Source: Candidatus Bathyarchaeota archaeon
GTDB taxonomy: Archaea > Thermoproteota > Bathyarchaeia > TCS64
Length of the DNA: 63,117 bases
Assembly (NCBI GenBank): GCA_043826455.1
Contig: JBDRQD010000075.1
Location: forward strand, 1-63,117
Direction: 5' to 3'
Positions 42,700-52,075 of the stretch are shown piece after piece. The position numbers were made by a program, and so were the translations under genes. How positions within the stretch are numbered: position 1 is the stretch's first letter; each line of letters opens with the position of its first letter. The notes under the pieces were generated by a model that saw only the letters and a program-made list of their open reading frames with translations, had not been told where the DNA came from and made no database searches.

Positions 42700-42738
42700 A
42701 CCTAAGCCACGGCGTTGATCACGTAAAAAGGGTTAGGG

Positions 42739-43224
42739 CTAGGGGGATATCCTGCCGGGGGGCATGGCCGCGGCCTTGGCCTCGCTCCAGTCCAGGTAGG
42801 CCTCCACGACGCGCAGGCCCACGGTGAGGACCGTGAAGTAGATGAAGACCCTGAGGTCCATGACTATCTGGCTGGTGGTGTTCTCCACGCTCACGGTGAA
42901 GCTGGTAACGCCCAGGGAGCCTATGTTGCCTACGCCCAACAGCACCACCATGAAAGCTAGGCTGGCCACGTTCTGGGCCACTGAGATGGTTAGGCTTATG
43001 GGGCTGGCCTTGCCCACGAAGCCCTTCACCAGGGTGAGGGCGGCGGTGACCGCGCCCAGGATCATGATCTGGGTTATGAAGCCCTGGAGCTCGAACCCGG
43101 ACTGGGCTAGGAGCTGGGCTATGTCAGGCGGGATGTAGGAGGGCAGCATGTAGGGGACGCCCACGAAGAGGACCAGGGTGATCAGGGCACCGACTATGGC
43201 TCCGATCTTCTCGTTCTGGCTCAT
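42739..43224 (-). CDS. Four-TM membrane protein
   Basis: Hydrophobic helices; coupled to the upstream gene. Confidence 0.7.
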   Translation of the reverse strand: MSQNEKIGAIVGALITLVLFVGVPYMLPSYIPPDIAQLLAQSGFELQGFITQIMILGAVTAALTLVKGFVGKASPISLTISVAQNVASLAFMVVLLGVGNIGSLGVTSFTVSVENTTSQIVMDLRVFIYFTVLTVGLRVVEAYLDWSEAKAAAMPPGRISP

Positions 43225-43225
43225 C

Positions 43226-43720
43226 TTAGGCGCCTCCCGCGACGGTCATGGTGTTGCTGAAGCTGATGAGGTCGAAGAGGCTGGTGACCTTGATGTCTGC
43301 CACCCAGCTTATCAGCTCAGGGTCGTTCATGTGCTGCTGGAACTGGCTCATGGGTATCCTCAGCTCCAGGTCCACCGGCATGGTGCCCCCAGCTGGGATT
43401 GTGACGGTGGCCGAGTCCGTGGCCAGGACCTGGCCCCCGTCAGCCACGAGGCTGAGGGAGACTGTGAGGGTGGCCTCCAGGAAGCCCTCGTTCCTCGGGT
43501 TAAGGGTGAAGGGTATGACCACGGGGTCTCCCATCTGGGGCCGTATCTCCGTCTGGCCCTGGGGGAAGGCTGTTCCGAAGACGCCTATCATGGTGTGCAT
43601 CCCCAGGACGAAGGCCAACACGCCCACAAGCTGGACCACGGCGATGACGACGCCAAGTGTCTTTGAAGCCTTCAAAATGTTCGCCAAACCTGAATATCGG
43701 CCCATGGGTATAAATATCAT
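43226..43720 (-). CDS. Membrane-anchored beta-rich protein
   Basis: N-terminal TM then beta-strand pattern; start uncertain. Confidence 0.65.
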   Translation of the reverse strand: MIFIPMGRYSGLANILKASKTLGVVIAVVQLVGVLAFVLGMHTMIGVFGTAFPQGQTEIRPQMGDPVVIPFTLNPRNEGFLEATLTVSLSLVADGGQVLATDSATVTIPAGGTMPVDLELRIPMSQFQQHMNDPELISWVADIKVTSLFDLISFSNTMTVAGGA

Positions 43721-43801
43721 AGCATTGGGCGACTAAGCAGTATCCATGCTATGGATGATCCTTTGGTAAACCTTTAAAAAAGTGGGCCTCCCTACGAGGC
43801 C

Positions 43802-44557
43802 ATGGGCATCTGCTACCACTGCGGCAGGGAGCTGGAGCAACCCATCCGGTGCCCCCACTGCAACCTGAGCTTCTGCGAGGACCACATACAGCAGAGGGCC
43901 CACAACTGCATAGCCTTGTCCAACCGGATGAAGACCTACACGGAGGAGGCGCAGAAGGAGGCAGCCCCCTACGTGGAGTCGGTGGAGGCACCCACAGTCA
44001 GGCCCAGAGTCAACGGCAGAAAGCGCGGCAGAGGGTTCCTGGGGCTGGGCCCAGGGGTGACGCAGCGGAAGGTGGCCTTCGTGGCCATCACCCTGGCCAT
44101 CAGCCTGGGCAGCATCGCCATGATCAACTACCTGTACCAGGAGCCTGAGAGCCCGGGGGCGGGGCCAATGTTCCCCACCAGCCCGGAGACCCTGGCCCTC
44201 CAAGAGTACGTCCTGGAGCTTGTTAACGCTGAGAGGGAGAAGGCGAAGCTGGAGGCCCTGACGCTGGACACCAACCCCATAGCGCAGAGGTACGCGGAGG
44301 AGATGCTGAGGACGGGGGAGTTCAAGCACAACCCTGACCTTCCCGGAACCATGGGGGAGAACATCAAGTACTACAGCAGTAGGGATGAGGTGGACGCTGA
44401 GGGGGTGCTGAGCCAGCTAATGTACGAGATGGTTTACGACGACGCGGCCTACAGCTGGGGCCACAGGGACCAGATACTGAACAAGGACTACAAGCGGGTG
44501 AGCATCGGCGTGGCCTACGACAGGAACAGGCTCTACCTGGTCCAGGACTTTTCCTGA
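43802..44557 (+). CDS. AN1-type zinc finger + TM + CAP/SCP domain protein
   Basis: 'CYHC...CPHC...FCEDH...HNC'; 'LELVNAER', 'GENI', 'GHRDQIL...SIGVA'. Confidence 0.82.
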   Translation: MGICYHCGRELEQPIRCPHCNLSFCEDHIQQRAHNCIALSNRMKTYTEEAQKEAAPYVESVEAPTVRPRVNGRKRGRGFLGLGPGVTQRKVAFVAITLAISLGSIAMINYLYQEPESPGAGPMFPTSPETLALQEYVLELVNAEREKAKLEALTLDTNPIAQRYAEEMLRTGEFKHNPDLPGTMGENIKYYSSRDEVDAEGVLSQLMYEMVYDDAAYSWGHRDQILNKDYKRVSIGVAYDRNRLYLVQDFS

Positions 44558-44603
44558 TCAGGGCTTCATAAAGCATCTATAACGCGGCGGGGGGCTTTTT
44601 CCC

Positions 44604-44723
44604 ATGCAGAAGCTTAGGCTTGAGCACAAGTACTTCATGGGCGGCTTCCTCGCCGGGTTCGGCTTCTACACAGCCGTATTCTTCCTAGGCTACTTCTGGC
44701 GCCTGAGGCAGCTCCTAGGATAA
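44604..44723 (+). CDS. 39-aa single-TM microprotein
   Basis: MQKLRLEHKYFMGGFLAGFGFYTAVFFLGYFWRLRQLLG; fills the gap, core-like codons. Confidence 0.5.
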   Translation: MQKLRLEHKYFMGGFLAGFGFYTAVFFLGYFWRLRQLLG

Positions 44724-44735
44724 GAAAAAGGGGTT

Positions 44736-45830
44736 TTATTTCCGGTGGACTTCCACCGTGTGCTTTAGGTCGCTTTTCTCCAGGGCCTTCACCGTAAGAG
44801 CCATGAGCTTGCCCAGGTTGGCCAGGTCGGTGAGACTTATCACCTCGTTGGGGCTGTGCATGTACCTGTTGGGCATGCTGATGAGTCCGCAGATGTTGCC
44901 GCCCCGCTCCACCTGGATGGCCCAGGCGTCGGTGCCGCTCCTGGCCGGGACGGGGTGCCTCTGGTGGGGGATGCCGTTGGCGTCGGCCTCATGCTCCATC
45001 ATCTCCCATAGGGCCCTGGTGAAGTTGGCTCCAAGGCCTATTACGGGGCCCTTGCCCAGCTCAATACCTGCCACCTGGCTGGCCTTGACTCCCGGTGCCA
45101 CGGCGTGGGTGACATCGGTGGCTATGGCCGCCCAGGGCTTCAGGTTGTAGGCGGCGATGGTGGCGCCCCTGAGGCCCACCTCCTCCTGGACGGTGGCCAC
45201 GAAGTGTACCTTCACGTCCTTGGGCGGGTCCTTACTGAGGATGTCCATGGTCTCCACCAGGGCGGCGACGCAGCAGACATCGTCGAAGGCCGGCCCCATT
45301 ATGAGGTCGCTGCCCTCCTTGCCCAGATGGGTGACGTCCAGGTAGGGTGTGCACACGGCGCCAGGCTTGACGCCCATCTTCTCGGCCTCCTCCTTGCTGG
45401 AGGCGCCGAAGTCTATCTGCATGTCCTTGAGCTCGGGGCACGTGTCCCGCTCCTTGGCTTCCGTGAGGTGGGCGGGTTTGACGGCGATGGCGCCCACAAG
45501 GTAGTCGCCGGGCCCGTCGCCCACCCAAACCTTTACCCGGGTGCCGTAGGCGACGCGCTTGTCCCAGCCGCCCACCTGGGTGAAGCTGGCGAAGCCCTTC
45601 TCGTCCACGTACTCGATCATGAAGCCCAGCTGGTCGTAGTGGCCGGCCAGCATGATGCTGCGCTCGCCCTCGCCTATGGTGCCTATGACGTTGCCCATGA
45701 CATCCACCTCGACCACGTCGCAGTACCTGCTGAACGTGTCCACGATGAGCTTCCTTCTCTGCTCCTCGAAGCCTGTGACGGCGGGGGCCGCCATGAACTC
45801 CCGTAATACCTTGTAGAGGTCTACTGTCAA
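44736..45830 (-). CDS. M42 family (TET-like) aminopeptidase
   Basis: 'GHYDQLG', 'AFDD', 'QEEVGLRGA', 'DVT', 'RYMHS'. Confidence 0.92.
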   Translation of the reverse strand: MTVDLYKVLREFMAAPAVTGFEEQRRKLIVDTFSRYCDVVEVDVMGNVIGTIGEGERSIMLAGHYDQLGFMIEYVDEKGFASFTQVGGWDKRVAYGTRVKVWVGDGPGDYLVGAIAVKPAHLTEAKERDTCPELKDMQIDFGASSKEEAEKMGVKPGAVCTPYLDVTHLGKEGSDLIMGPAFDDVCCVAALVETMDILSKDPPKDVKVHFVATVQEEVGLRGATIAAYNLKPWAAIATDVTHAVAPGVKASQVAGIELGKGPVIGLGANFTRALWEMMEHEADANGIPHQRHPVPARSGTDAWAIQVERGGNICGLISMPNRYMHSPNEVISLTDLANLGKLMALTVKALEKSDLKHTVEVHRK

Positions 45831-45907
45831 CTTGGATCACTTGATTGATGTGTGGTTGCGGATAAGTTTGTCTGAAGGGTTTTATCCGGTGGACGGCATT
45901 TATCCTC

Positions 45908-46663
45908 ATGGAGCCTAGAAGAGCCCTGGTGCGTGAGCCGGGGGACAGGTACGCGGGGTGCCTGAGCACCCACCCGCTGCACCACACCGTCAGCCTAAAA
46001 AAAGCCCGGGAGCAGCACGCCGCCTACTGTGGGACGTTGGAGGAGCTGGGCCTGGAGGTCATCAGGGTGCCCAGGGACGACGCGCACCCAGACAGCTGCT
46101 TCGTGGAGGACAACGCCGTGGTGCACGGGGGCAGGGCGCTCATCTGCAGGATGGCCAAGGAGAGCAGGAGGGGGGAGCAGCCCGGCGTGGCCGCGGCGCT
46201 GGAGGAGTATATGCCCGTGAAGTGGGCCAAGGCCCCAGCCACGGTGGAAGGCGGAGACGTGGTGCACCTGGAGGACAGGCTCATCTCGGGTATCACTGAG
46301 CGCACGAACCCTGAGGGGGTGGCCCAGATGCAGGAGTGGCTCCAGGTGCGGGTTGACACCATCTTCGACCCAGGCATCATGCACCTGAAGAGCTACGTGA
46401 CCTACCTGGGGAGGGGCATCATGATAGCCACAGACAAGTACGTGAACCACCCCGCATTGGAGGGGTTCAACATACTGATCCCGCCCGCGGAGGACGAGTA
46501 CGCGGCGGACACCCTGGCCGTAGGCGACACGGTGCTCATGGCCGAGGGCTACGAGACGGCTCAGCAGATGGTCAGGGAGGCGGGCTTCGATGTCATAAGC
46601 CTGGACGTCTCCGAGATACAGAAGTGCGACGGCGCCCTGACCTGCCTAAGCATACTCTTCTAA
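45908..46663 (+). CDS. Dimethylarginine dimethylaminohydrolase / amidinotransferase family
   Basis: 'PDSCFVED', 'RRGE', 'EGGDV', 'HLKS', 'GALTCLS'. Confidence 0.88.
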   Translation: MEPRRALVREPGDRYAGCLSTHPLHHTVSLKKAREQHAAYCGTLEELGLEVIRVPRDDAHPDSCFVEDNAVVHGGRALICRMAKESRRGEQPGVAAALEEYMPVKWAKAPATVEGGDVVHLEDRLISGITERTNPEGVAQMQEWLQVRVDTIFDPGIMHLKSYVTYLGRGIMIATDKYVNHPALEGFNILIPPAEDEYAADTLAVGDTVLMAEGYETAQQMVREAGFDVISLDVSEIQKCDGALTCLSILF

Positions 46664-46738
46664 CCCAAGCATCATCAGGCTGACGTTTACTGGATTACGA
46701 TTCCGTTTGGCTTAAGTGTACGTTCACCCTAAATCCAT

Positions 46739-47080
46739 ATGGAGGGGTTAAGGTTGAGTGTGACGGTTTCTCGCCGGAGAAACCAGGCCTCACATGACCA
46801 GTGTATCCAGAGGCTAGCGCGGAAGCTCTCCTTGGAGGGGTGGGCCATGGAGGCCCACGTGAAGGGATGGCCCAAGCCCCCCTACATCAACGATTATATG
46901 CCGGACATCCGCGCCAGGAAGAACAACAAAACCATAATCATAGAGGTGGAGACGGAGGACACGTTACGCGTAGATATCGCCCAGCACGAGGCCTTCAGGA
47001 GGCACGCCGACGAGGAGACAGGGGTCATGTTCCTGCTCTACCTGGCCGGCGAGGACGGAGCCTGCAGGCTGATCAACTAA
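46739..47080 (+). CDS. Small PD-(D/E)XK-like protein
   Basis: 'PDIRARK....IIEVET'. Confidence 0.55.
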   Translation: MEGLRLSVTVSRRRNQASHDQCIQRLARKLSLEGWAMEAHVKGWPKPPYINDYMPDIRARKNNKTIIIEVETEDTLRVDIAQHEAFRRHADEETGVMFLLYLAGEDGACRLIN

Positions 47081-47186
47081 TTTTTCCAGTGCCATAAAGA
47101 GTAAAGGTGGTCTACCTATGGAGACTCACTCTTCTCCTGCGCTCGCCCTTGGTTCCTCTGGGGCAGGCTTGACCCGGCTTCGCGGC

Positions 47187-47444
47187 TTAGACCTTCTCCA
47201 GGTAGACCTTCTTGTTTCTCACAGAGATCTTGACGGCCTCGTTCCCTTTGCTGGCTAGAAGCTTCTTCAGCTGGCCTGCCAGGTAGTTGGCCTCTACCTC
47301 GGTGCCGTCCACCCTGACTAGCTTGTGTTTTGATTTCTGGAAGTTGGCGATAATTGGCTCGTACTTGCTGCCGGTCCTGTAGGGGGGTTTCCTTTTTTCC
47401 GGTTTCTCGTCCACGGGCTGCATTTTGAAGTCGATATCTGACAT
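47187..47444 (-). CDS. Small basic hypothetical protein
   Basis: Lys/Arg-rich 85-aa ORF with coding-like composition. Confidence 0.65.
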   Translation of the reverse strand: MSDIDFKMQPVDEKPEKRKPPYRTGSKYEPIIANFQKSKHKLVRVDGTEVEANYLAGQLKKLLASKGNEAVKISVRNKKVYLEKV

Positions 47445-47549
47445 GTGGATGACGTAGTCAAATGAGGGTAAAACACTTTCTAAACGCCGTATACCGGTGA
47501 CGGCACGTAACTGTAATTAGACACCTGGGTCAATACTCCTCAAGGGAGA

Positions 47550-48068
47550 GTGAAAAAGTTATCAGAGGACTACAGTCCGCTCATCAACACCGTTGTCCTG
47601 GGGGCCGTGAGCGCCGGGATCGCCTTCGTTCTCTTCTACTTCCTGGAGTCCTTCGCCAAGATCGAGAACACCACCTACAGTGTGGGTGGGGCGGTGGCCG
47701 GGTTCGGCGTCGTCTTCTACCTCCTGTCACGCCACATGAAGGAGACGGCCAGCGCCGAGGACCAGGATAAGATCAAGGAGCTGGAGCATCGCCTGGCCGC
47801 CAAGAGGCTGAAGGTGAACCTGGAGTTCCCCGACCCCTCCGAGAGCATCGAGCTGGACACCGTCAAGTGCAGGTACCATCTGAAAGCGGGTGCCCAGGAG
47901 GAGGAGGGGGAGTTGGAGGTGGGCCTCACGGTGGGAGGCTGGCAGTGCATCCTGCCACCTGACAGCGAGGAGAAGCGGGTGAGACTCACCCTGGTGGAGA
48001 AGGACGGACAGGTCTGGGAGGTGCCCACCCAGTGGCCCACAGTGAACATGAAGGTGGTGAAGAGGTGA
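47550..48068 (+). CDS. Two-TM protein with a soluble C-terminal beta domain
   Basis: Two hydrophobic helices ('VGGAVAGFGVVFYLL'), GGGAG RBS. Confidence 0.7.
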   Translation: MKKLSEDYSPLINTVVLGAVSAGIAFVLFYFLESFAKIENTTYSVGGAVAGFGVVFYLLSRHMKETASAEDQDKIKELEHRLAAKRLKVNLEFPDPSESIELDTVKCRYHLKAGAQEEEGELEVGLTVGGWQCILPPDSEEKRVRLTLVEKDGQVWEVPTQWPTVNMKVVKR

Positions 48069-48072
48069 AGAG

Positions 48073-48387
48073 ATGGTAGCCATAGACAACTATGCCAGGA
48101 AGGAGGGAACCCGGAGAGCCGGCACCCCCGAAGAGCGCTCCTGGTACAGGTGGAGGCTGTTCGTGGCGGAGCCCGACAGCGTCCTGGACACCATAGAGTC
48201 CGTGGAGTATCTTCTCCACCCCACCTTCCCCAGCCCGTACCAGGTGACCCGGAACAGAGACGACAGGTTCGCCCTAGAGGGTTCAGGGTGGGGGAGCTTC
48301 ACCGTGAACGTGACGGTCAACTACAGGGACGGGGACCGGGAGGAAAAGGAGTACTTCCTGGACCTGGGCAAGCCCTGGCCAGAGTAG
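48073..48387 (+). CDS. Prokaryotic YEATS (pYEATS) domain protein
   Basis: 'W..FV..LD.IESVEY.LHPTFP.P...F.LEG.GWGSF'; GGTGA RBS. Confidence 0.85.
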   Translation: MVAIDNYARKEGTRRAGTPEERSWYRWRLFVAEPDSVLDTIESVEYLLHPTFPSPYQVTRNRDDRFALEGSGWGSFTVNVTVNYRDGDREEKEYFLDLGKPWPE

Positions 48388-48576
48388 CAGGACGCCCCAT
48401 TTTTTTACTATACAAACTTGTTTAGGCCGCAACTCCGGAGCGGCCCCCTACATGGCGTAGAGAAACCTATCACAGGTACATACCCCAGGCATCCCGCCAA
48501 GACTACCTTTCACAGGTAGCTACCCGTACAGATATCATCCATATAAACTAATTAGTGGAAGAAAAGGCGACCGAAT

Positions 48577-48702
48577 ATGACTGAAGCCGTTAACGAGGAG
48601 CCCAGGAAGAGCCTCATGGACAGGATCAAGGAAGCCCTTGACCGGCTGCCCAACGTGGAGGAGCAGCTGAAGAAGCTCAGGAACCTGGACAAAGAGAAGT
48701 AG
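48577..48702 (+). CDS. 41-aa helical microprotein
   Basis: MTEAVNEEPRKSLMDRIKEALDRLPNVEEQLKKLRNLDKEK; upstream TATAAA at ~48542. Confidence 0.55.
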   Translation: MTEAVNEEPRKSLMDRIKEALDRLPNVEEQLKKLRNLDKEK

Positions 48703-48794
48703 ACTCCGCCCGCGCCGGCCTTGAGTCCGGAGAACACGCCCATTTTTCACCGCGTCCCAGGCACGTTTATCTGTGGGTACACATATGTATATGT

Positions 48795-49037
48795 GTGCCA
48801 TCCAAGAACATATCCATCACAGACGACGTTTACGAGATACTCGCCAGGATGAAGCTGGAGGGAGAGAGCTTCAGCGACACCATCAGGCGGCTAGCCAAGA
48901 GGGGAAGCCTGGCGGAGTGCGCGGGCCTGTGGGCGGACATGCCCGACGCCGAGTACAGGGCCCTCATGGAGGGCGTCGAGGCTCTGAAGGAGGGGGCGAA
49001 CCAGTCCATGAGGAGGCGGCTACATGAAGCTGGTTGA
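48795..49037 (+). CDS. vapB: VapB-type antitoxin (DUF217-like)
   Basis: 'KNISITDDVYE.L..MK..GESFSD.IRRL'; overlaps the PIN gene. Confidence 0.85.
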   Translation: MPSKNISITDDVYEILARMKLEGESFSDTIRRLAKRGSLAECAGLWADMPDAEYRALMEGVEALKEGANQSMRRRLHEAG

Positions 49038-49419
49038 CACCACCTTCCTCATAGACCTGCTCAGAGGGGACCCGGGCGCCGTGGAGGCCGCCGAGGCCCT
49101 GGAGAGGGAGGGGGGAGCCGCCACCACATCCGTCAACGTCTACGAGCTTTTCACAGGCATCTACAACGTGGCTGACGCCGAGAGGCGAGCCGAGCAAGCC
49201 GAGAGGCTGGTGGGCAGGCTGGAGGTTTTCAGCCTGGACGAGGCCTCAGCTAAGACGGCTGCCGCCATGACGGCCAGGCAAAACAGGTCAAAGGAGCCCC
49301 TGGATGTCCTGGACACCCTCATAGCCTCAACGAGTATTGCCCACGGGTGCAGAACCATCCTCACCAGGAACATCCGCCACTTCAACAGGATGCCCGGCGT
49401 CCAGGCTGAGACCTACTGA
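49024..49419 (+). CDS. vapC: VapC PIN-domain toxin
   Basis: 'LVDTTFLID', 'VYEL', 'DTLIA', 'TRN.RHF'. Confidence 0.9.
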   Translation: MKLVDTTFLIDLLRGDPGAVEAAEALEREGGAATTSVNVYELFTGIYNVADAERRAEQAERLVGRLEVFSLDEASAKTAAAMTARQNRSKEPLDVLDTLIASTSIAHGCRTILTRNIRHFNRMPGVQAETY

Positions 49420-49545
49420 GGGCCGCCCAAAAAAACGTTATACCCAGCCACCTGGTGCAAAATACGGGCTCTGCCACGCTCAAACCATTGGTAAAGGCTA
49501 TAAAGGGGCGCCCATATAGCTTGGAAGCCCAACGGGGAGACTAAC

Positions 49546-49710
49546 ATGTCGCTACGAGACCCAGTGAAGATCGAGATCGCTAGAGAGCACAGGATCAAGA
49601 AGACGGTGTGCAGAGGCTGCGGAGCCACCAACCCCTGGAACGCCACCAAGTGCCGCAAGTGCCACAGCAAGAACCTGCGCATGAAAAGGTCCAAGGGCAA
49701 GGGCCGCTAG
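49546..49710 (+). CDS. rpl40e: 50S ribosomal protein eL40 (absent from the ORF track)
   Basis: [48 protein letters not shown]... Confidence 0.93.
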   Translation: MSLRDPVKIEIAREHRIKKTVCRGCGATNPWNATKCRKCHSKNLRMKRSKGKGR

Positions 49711-50153
49711 GCCACGTCGAAGCTGACCTCCAGCACACCCTTACCGCCCCTGTAACGCACCTTGCTTATTGTCACTTTTCCTATCTCGCCCGTGGTGCGG
49801 GTGTGCTCCTTGTTGCATGCGTTCACGTTCCAGCCTGGCAGGTGGAAGACCTGGAGCCTCTGGATGCTCTCAGGCAGCGGGAACTTGTCGTATATGAAGT
49901 CCCCGAACCGTGCCTCGGCGTCCCGCCTTGTCATCTCCAGGACCTCAGTGGGCGCGTCCTCACGTATCTTCTGGTCCACCAGCCGCTGGATAGCTGCAGC
50001 CTCCTCGTCCGTGGGCTTCCTGTCGAACTCGACGGCTATGCGTCCGTGGCCGCCCTCGGCGACCGCGCTGGTGCTCCACTTGGCGCCAAGGACCTTGTAG
50101 ATGGCGCCCTTCACCACGTGGAGGGCCGTGTGGGTTCGGGTCTCCAGGCTCAC
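49707..50153 (-). CDS. AlaX-S-type trans-editing protein
   Basis: 'HTALH' and 'CNKEH' Zn motifs. Confidence 0.85.
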   Translation of the reverse strand: MSLETRTHTALHVVKGAIYKVLGAKWSTSAVAEGGHGRIAVEFDRKPTDEEAAAIQRLVDQKIREDAPTEVLEMTRRDAEARFGDFIYDKFPLPESIQRLQVFHLPGWNVNACNKEHTRTTGEIGKVTISKVRYRGGKGVLEVSFDVA

Positions 50154-50842
50154 CTGAACACGACTCCCAGCTTCCTGAGCCTCTCCTCGGTGGCGGCCGG
50201 GTTGGGCCTCTGTATGACCTCAGCGCTTGTCTCGTCTATGGTCTGGCTCTCCTTGGCCCTGATCTTCTGGGCCTGGGCCAGCACCTCGTCTGCTGAGTCT
50301 CTGGGCACCACTACCAGGCCGTCGTCGTCCCCCACGATTATGTCTCCGGGGTGGACCACCACGCCTCCGACGGTGACGGGAACGTTCACTGAGCCCGGCA
50401 CGTCCTTGTGGGGGCCCCCGGGCTGCCACGCCCTACAGTAGACGGGGAACCTGGCCTTGGCGATCTCGGCCCGGTCTCTCCAGGCGCCGTCCACGACCAC
50501 CCCCTCGACGCCCTTGCTCATCATCTTCCGGGACATGAGGAACCCGCCCACGGCTGTGCCCGTGTAGCCTCCTGCGTCTACCACTAGGACGTCGCCCTGC
50601 TGCATGAGGTCGATGGCAGCGTGGCTCATGAGGTTGCAGTCGGGGCGCTCCCGGACGGTGACGGCTGGGCCGACTAGGCTGATGCCGTCGAAGGCGGGGC
50701 GTATCTGGGGGTCCAGGGTGAACATGCAGGGCTTGCCCAGGGCGTCGGCTATGTTGGCCACTGGGAGCGACCTGAGCTTGGAGATGGTCTGCTTGGAGGG
50801 GCGCTTCACCGCCCGGACTATTGTTGGCTTGTACGATGCCAT
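50150..50842 (-). CDS. RraA / HMG-CHA aldolase family protein
   Basis: 'GPAVTV', 'GDVLVVD', 'DGAWRD', 'PGDIIVGDDDG'. Confidence 0.88.
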   Translation of the reverse strand: MASYKPTIVRAVKRPSKQTISKLRSLPVANIADALGKPCMFTLDPQIRPAFDGISLVGPAVTVRERPDCNLMSHAAIDLMQQGDVLVVDAGGYTGTAVGGFLMSRKMMSKGVEGVVVDGAWRDRAEIAKARFPVYCRAWQPGGPHKDVPGSVNVPVTVGGVVVHPGDIIVGDDDGLVVVPRDSADEVLAQAQKIRAKESQTIDETSAEVIQRPNPAATEERLRKLGVVFR

Positions 50843-50879
50843 ATGGAATGAGGTGGGGTGCCAGCCTAAAAGGTGGACG

Positions 50880-51425
50880 CTAGGGCTTCACGAGACGGGC
50901 CAGCTCCTCCACGTCCTCTGGTTTGACCAGGGGGAACATCTTGCCCAGGTGCCAGGGGAAGACGAGGAAGAACCACCGGTTGAGGCAGTCCACGTAGTTG
51001 AACCAGCTCCACAGGAGGTCCTCCAGCTCCTCCTTGATCTTCACCGTGGGCAGGGCCTCGTCTATCATCTGGCTGAACCTGTACAGGTTGGGGACGTTCA
51101 GCCAGGGGGCGGGGCAGTTGGGGGGAGCCTGGTCGCCCAGCATCTTGGCTATGTGGAGGGTGCTATACCTCCACACGCGTTTGCACTGCTCGAGGCTGAA
51201 CTCGGGGTCCCTGAGGGCGGCCCTGACCGCTGGGGCGGCGCACTTCCAGCCCATGGCCTGGGTGTCGGCTATGAGGAAAACCATGTTGCCCAGGACCTGG
51301 CCGCCTACGCTGGCTCCGCTGGGGTAGACGCCCAGCTTGCACTTGGTGACCTCCTCCGGCTCTTCCCAGAATATGCGGTCCAGGTCCCGCTCTATCTCGT
51401 CCTTGACCTCTCTCCAGTCCATCAC
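50880..51425 (-). CDS. Cucumopine-synthase C-terminal helical-bundle-like protein
   Basis: 'RIFWEEPEE', 'PSGA..GQ', 'FPWHLG' pattern. Confidence 0.65.
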   Translation of the reverse strand: MMDWREVKDEIERDLDRIFWEEPEEVTKCKLGVYPSGASVGGQVLGNMVFLIADTQAMGWKCAAPAVRAALRDPEFSLEQCKRVWRYSTLHIAKMLGDQAPPNCPAPWLNVPNLYRFSQMIDEALPTVKIKEELEDLLWSWFNYVDCLNRWFFLVFPWHLGKMFPLVKPEDVEELARLVKP

Positions 51426-51880
51426 TCTCTCCTCCTGGCAGTCATGGTGATGGGTGTGTGCCTCATGTAGTAGTGGTCCCAGACGGCTTGGCCTGCCTTC
51501 CTCAGTTGGGGCAGCTCATCGTCGGGGACTCTGGCGACGACGGCGCCGTTCACTGTTATTGGCTCGGTGCAGGGGCCGTAGTAGCAGCTGAGGCCCCCGT
51601 AGCCTCCGTGGACGCTGTAGTTGATGCTGCCCGGCTCGATGTCACAGAACATGCGTTTGTGGCGGCCTATGATGTCCCCTGTCTTGACGGGGTGCCTTGG
51701 AGGCCTGGCCGCGGCGCTGAACTCCTCGCCGGTGGAGACGGGGTGCCTGCAGAACATCTTCAGCGGCTCCGTGAGGTTGTTCCACAGGAGCTCGCAGAGT
51801 TCGGGCTCCTCTTTTTCCAGCAGCGGGGCGGTGACCGTGATCTGCTCTGTGGGCCACTCGAGGACTATTTTTCGGGCCAT
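51422..51880 (-). CDS. Cyclophilin-like (DUF3830 / cucumopine synthase N-domain-like) protein
   Basis: 'EPELCELLWNNL', 'HPVSTGEE', 'YYGPCTEP', 'L.KAG.AVW'. Confidence 0.6.
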   Translation of the reverse strand: MARKIVLEWPTEQITVTAPLLEKEEPELCELLWNNLTEPLKMFCRHPVSTGEEFSAAARPPRHPVKTGDIIGRHKRMFCDIEPGSINYSVHGGYGGLSCYYGPCTEPITVNGAVVARVPDDELPQLRKAGQAVWDHYYMRHTPITMTARRRE

Positions 51881-51940
51881 GAACCAAAGCTGGGCTGGTG
51901 TTATATGAGTTTGGCTGTGGGTTTTGACATAAATGAAAAG

Positions 51941-52075
51941 TGCCCAGGCGTTCTCGCTCTGAGACGAAGGTTTTCATCGAGCCAAAGCCCGTTGATTCCC
52001 TGTGAAGCCCGTCTCTTTCGCTCCGCGTCAGCCGGTCTTTCGCTTCTTTGGCCGGGTTCCGCTTCCGTCTGGGCA
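51941..52075. ncRNA. Candidate structured ncRNA (~135 nt)
   Basis: Terminal 10-bp inverted repeat, two internal stems, four repeated motifs. Confidence 0.4.
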
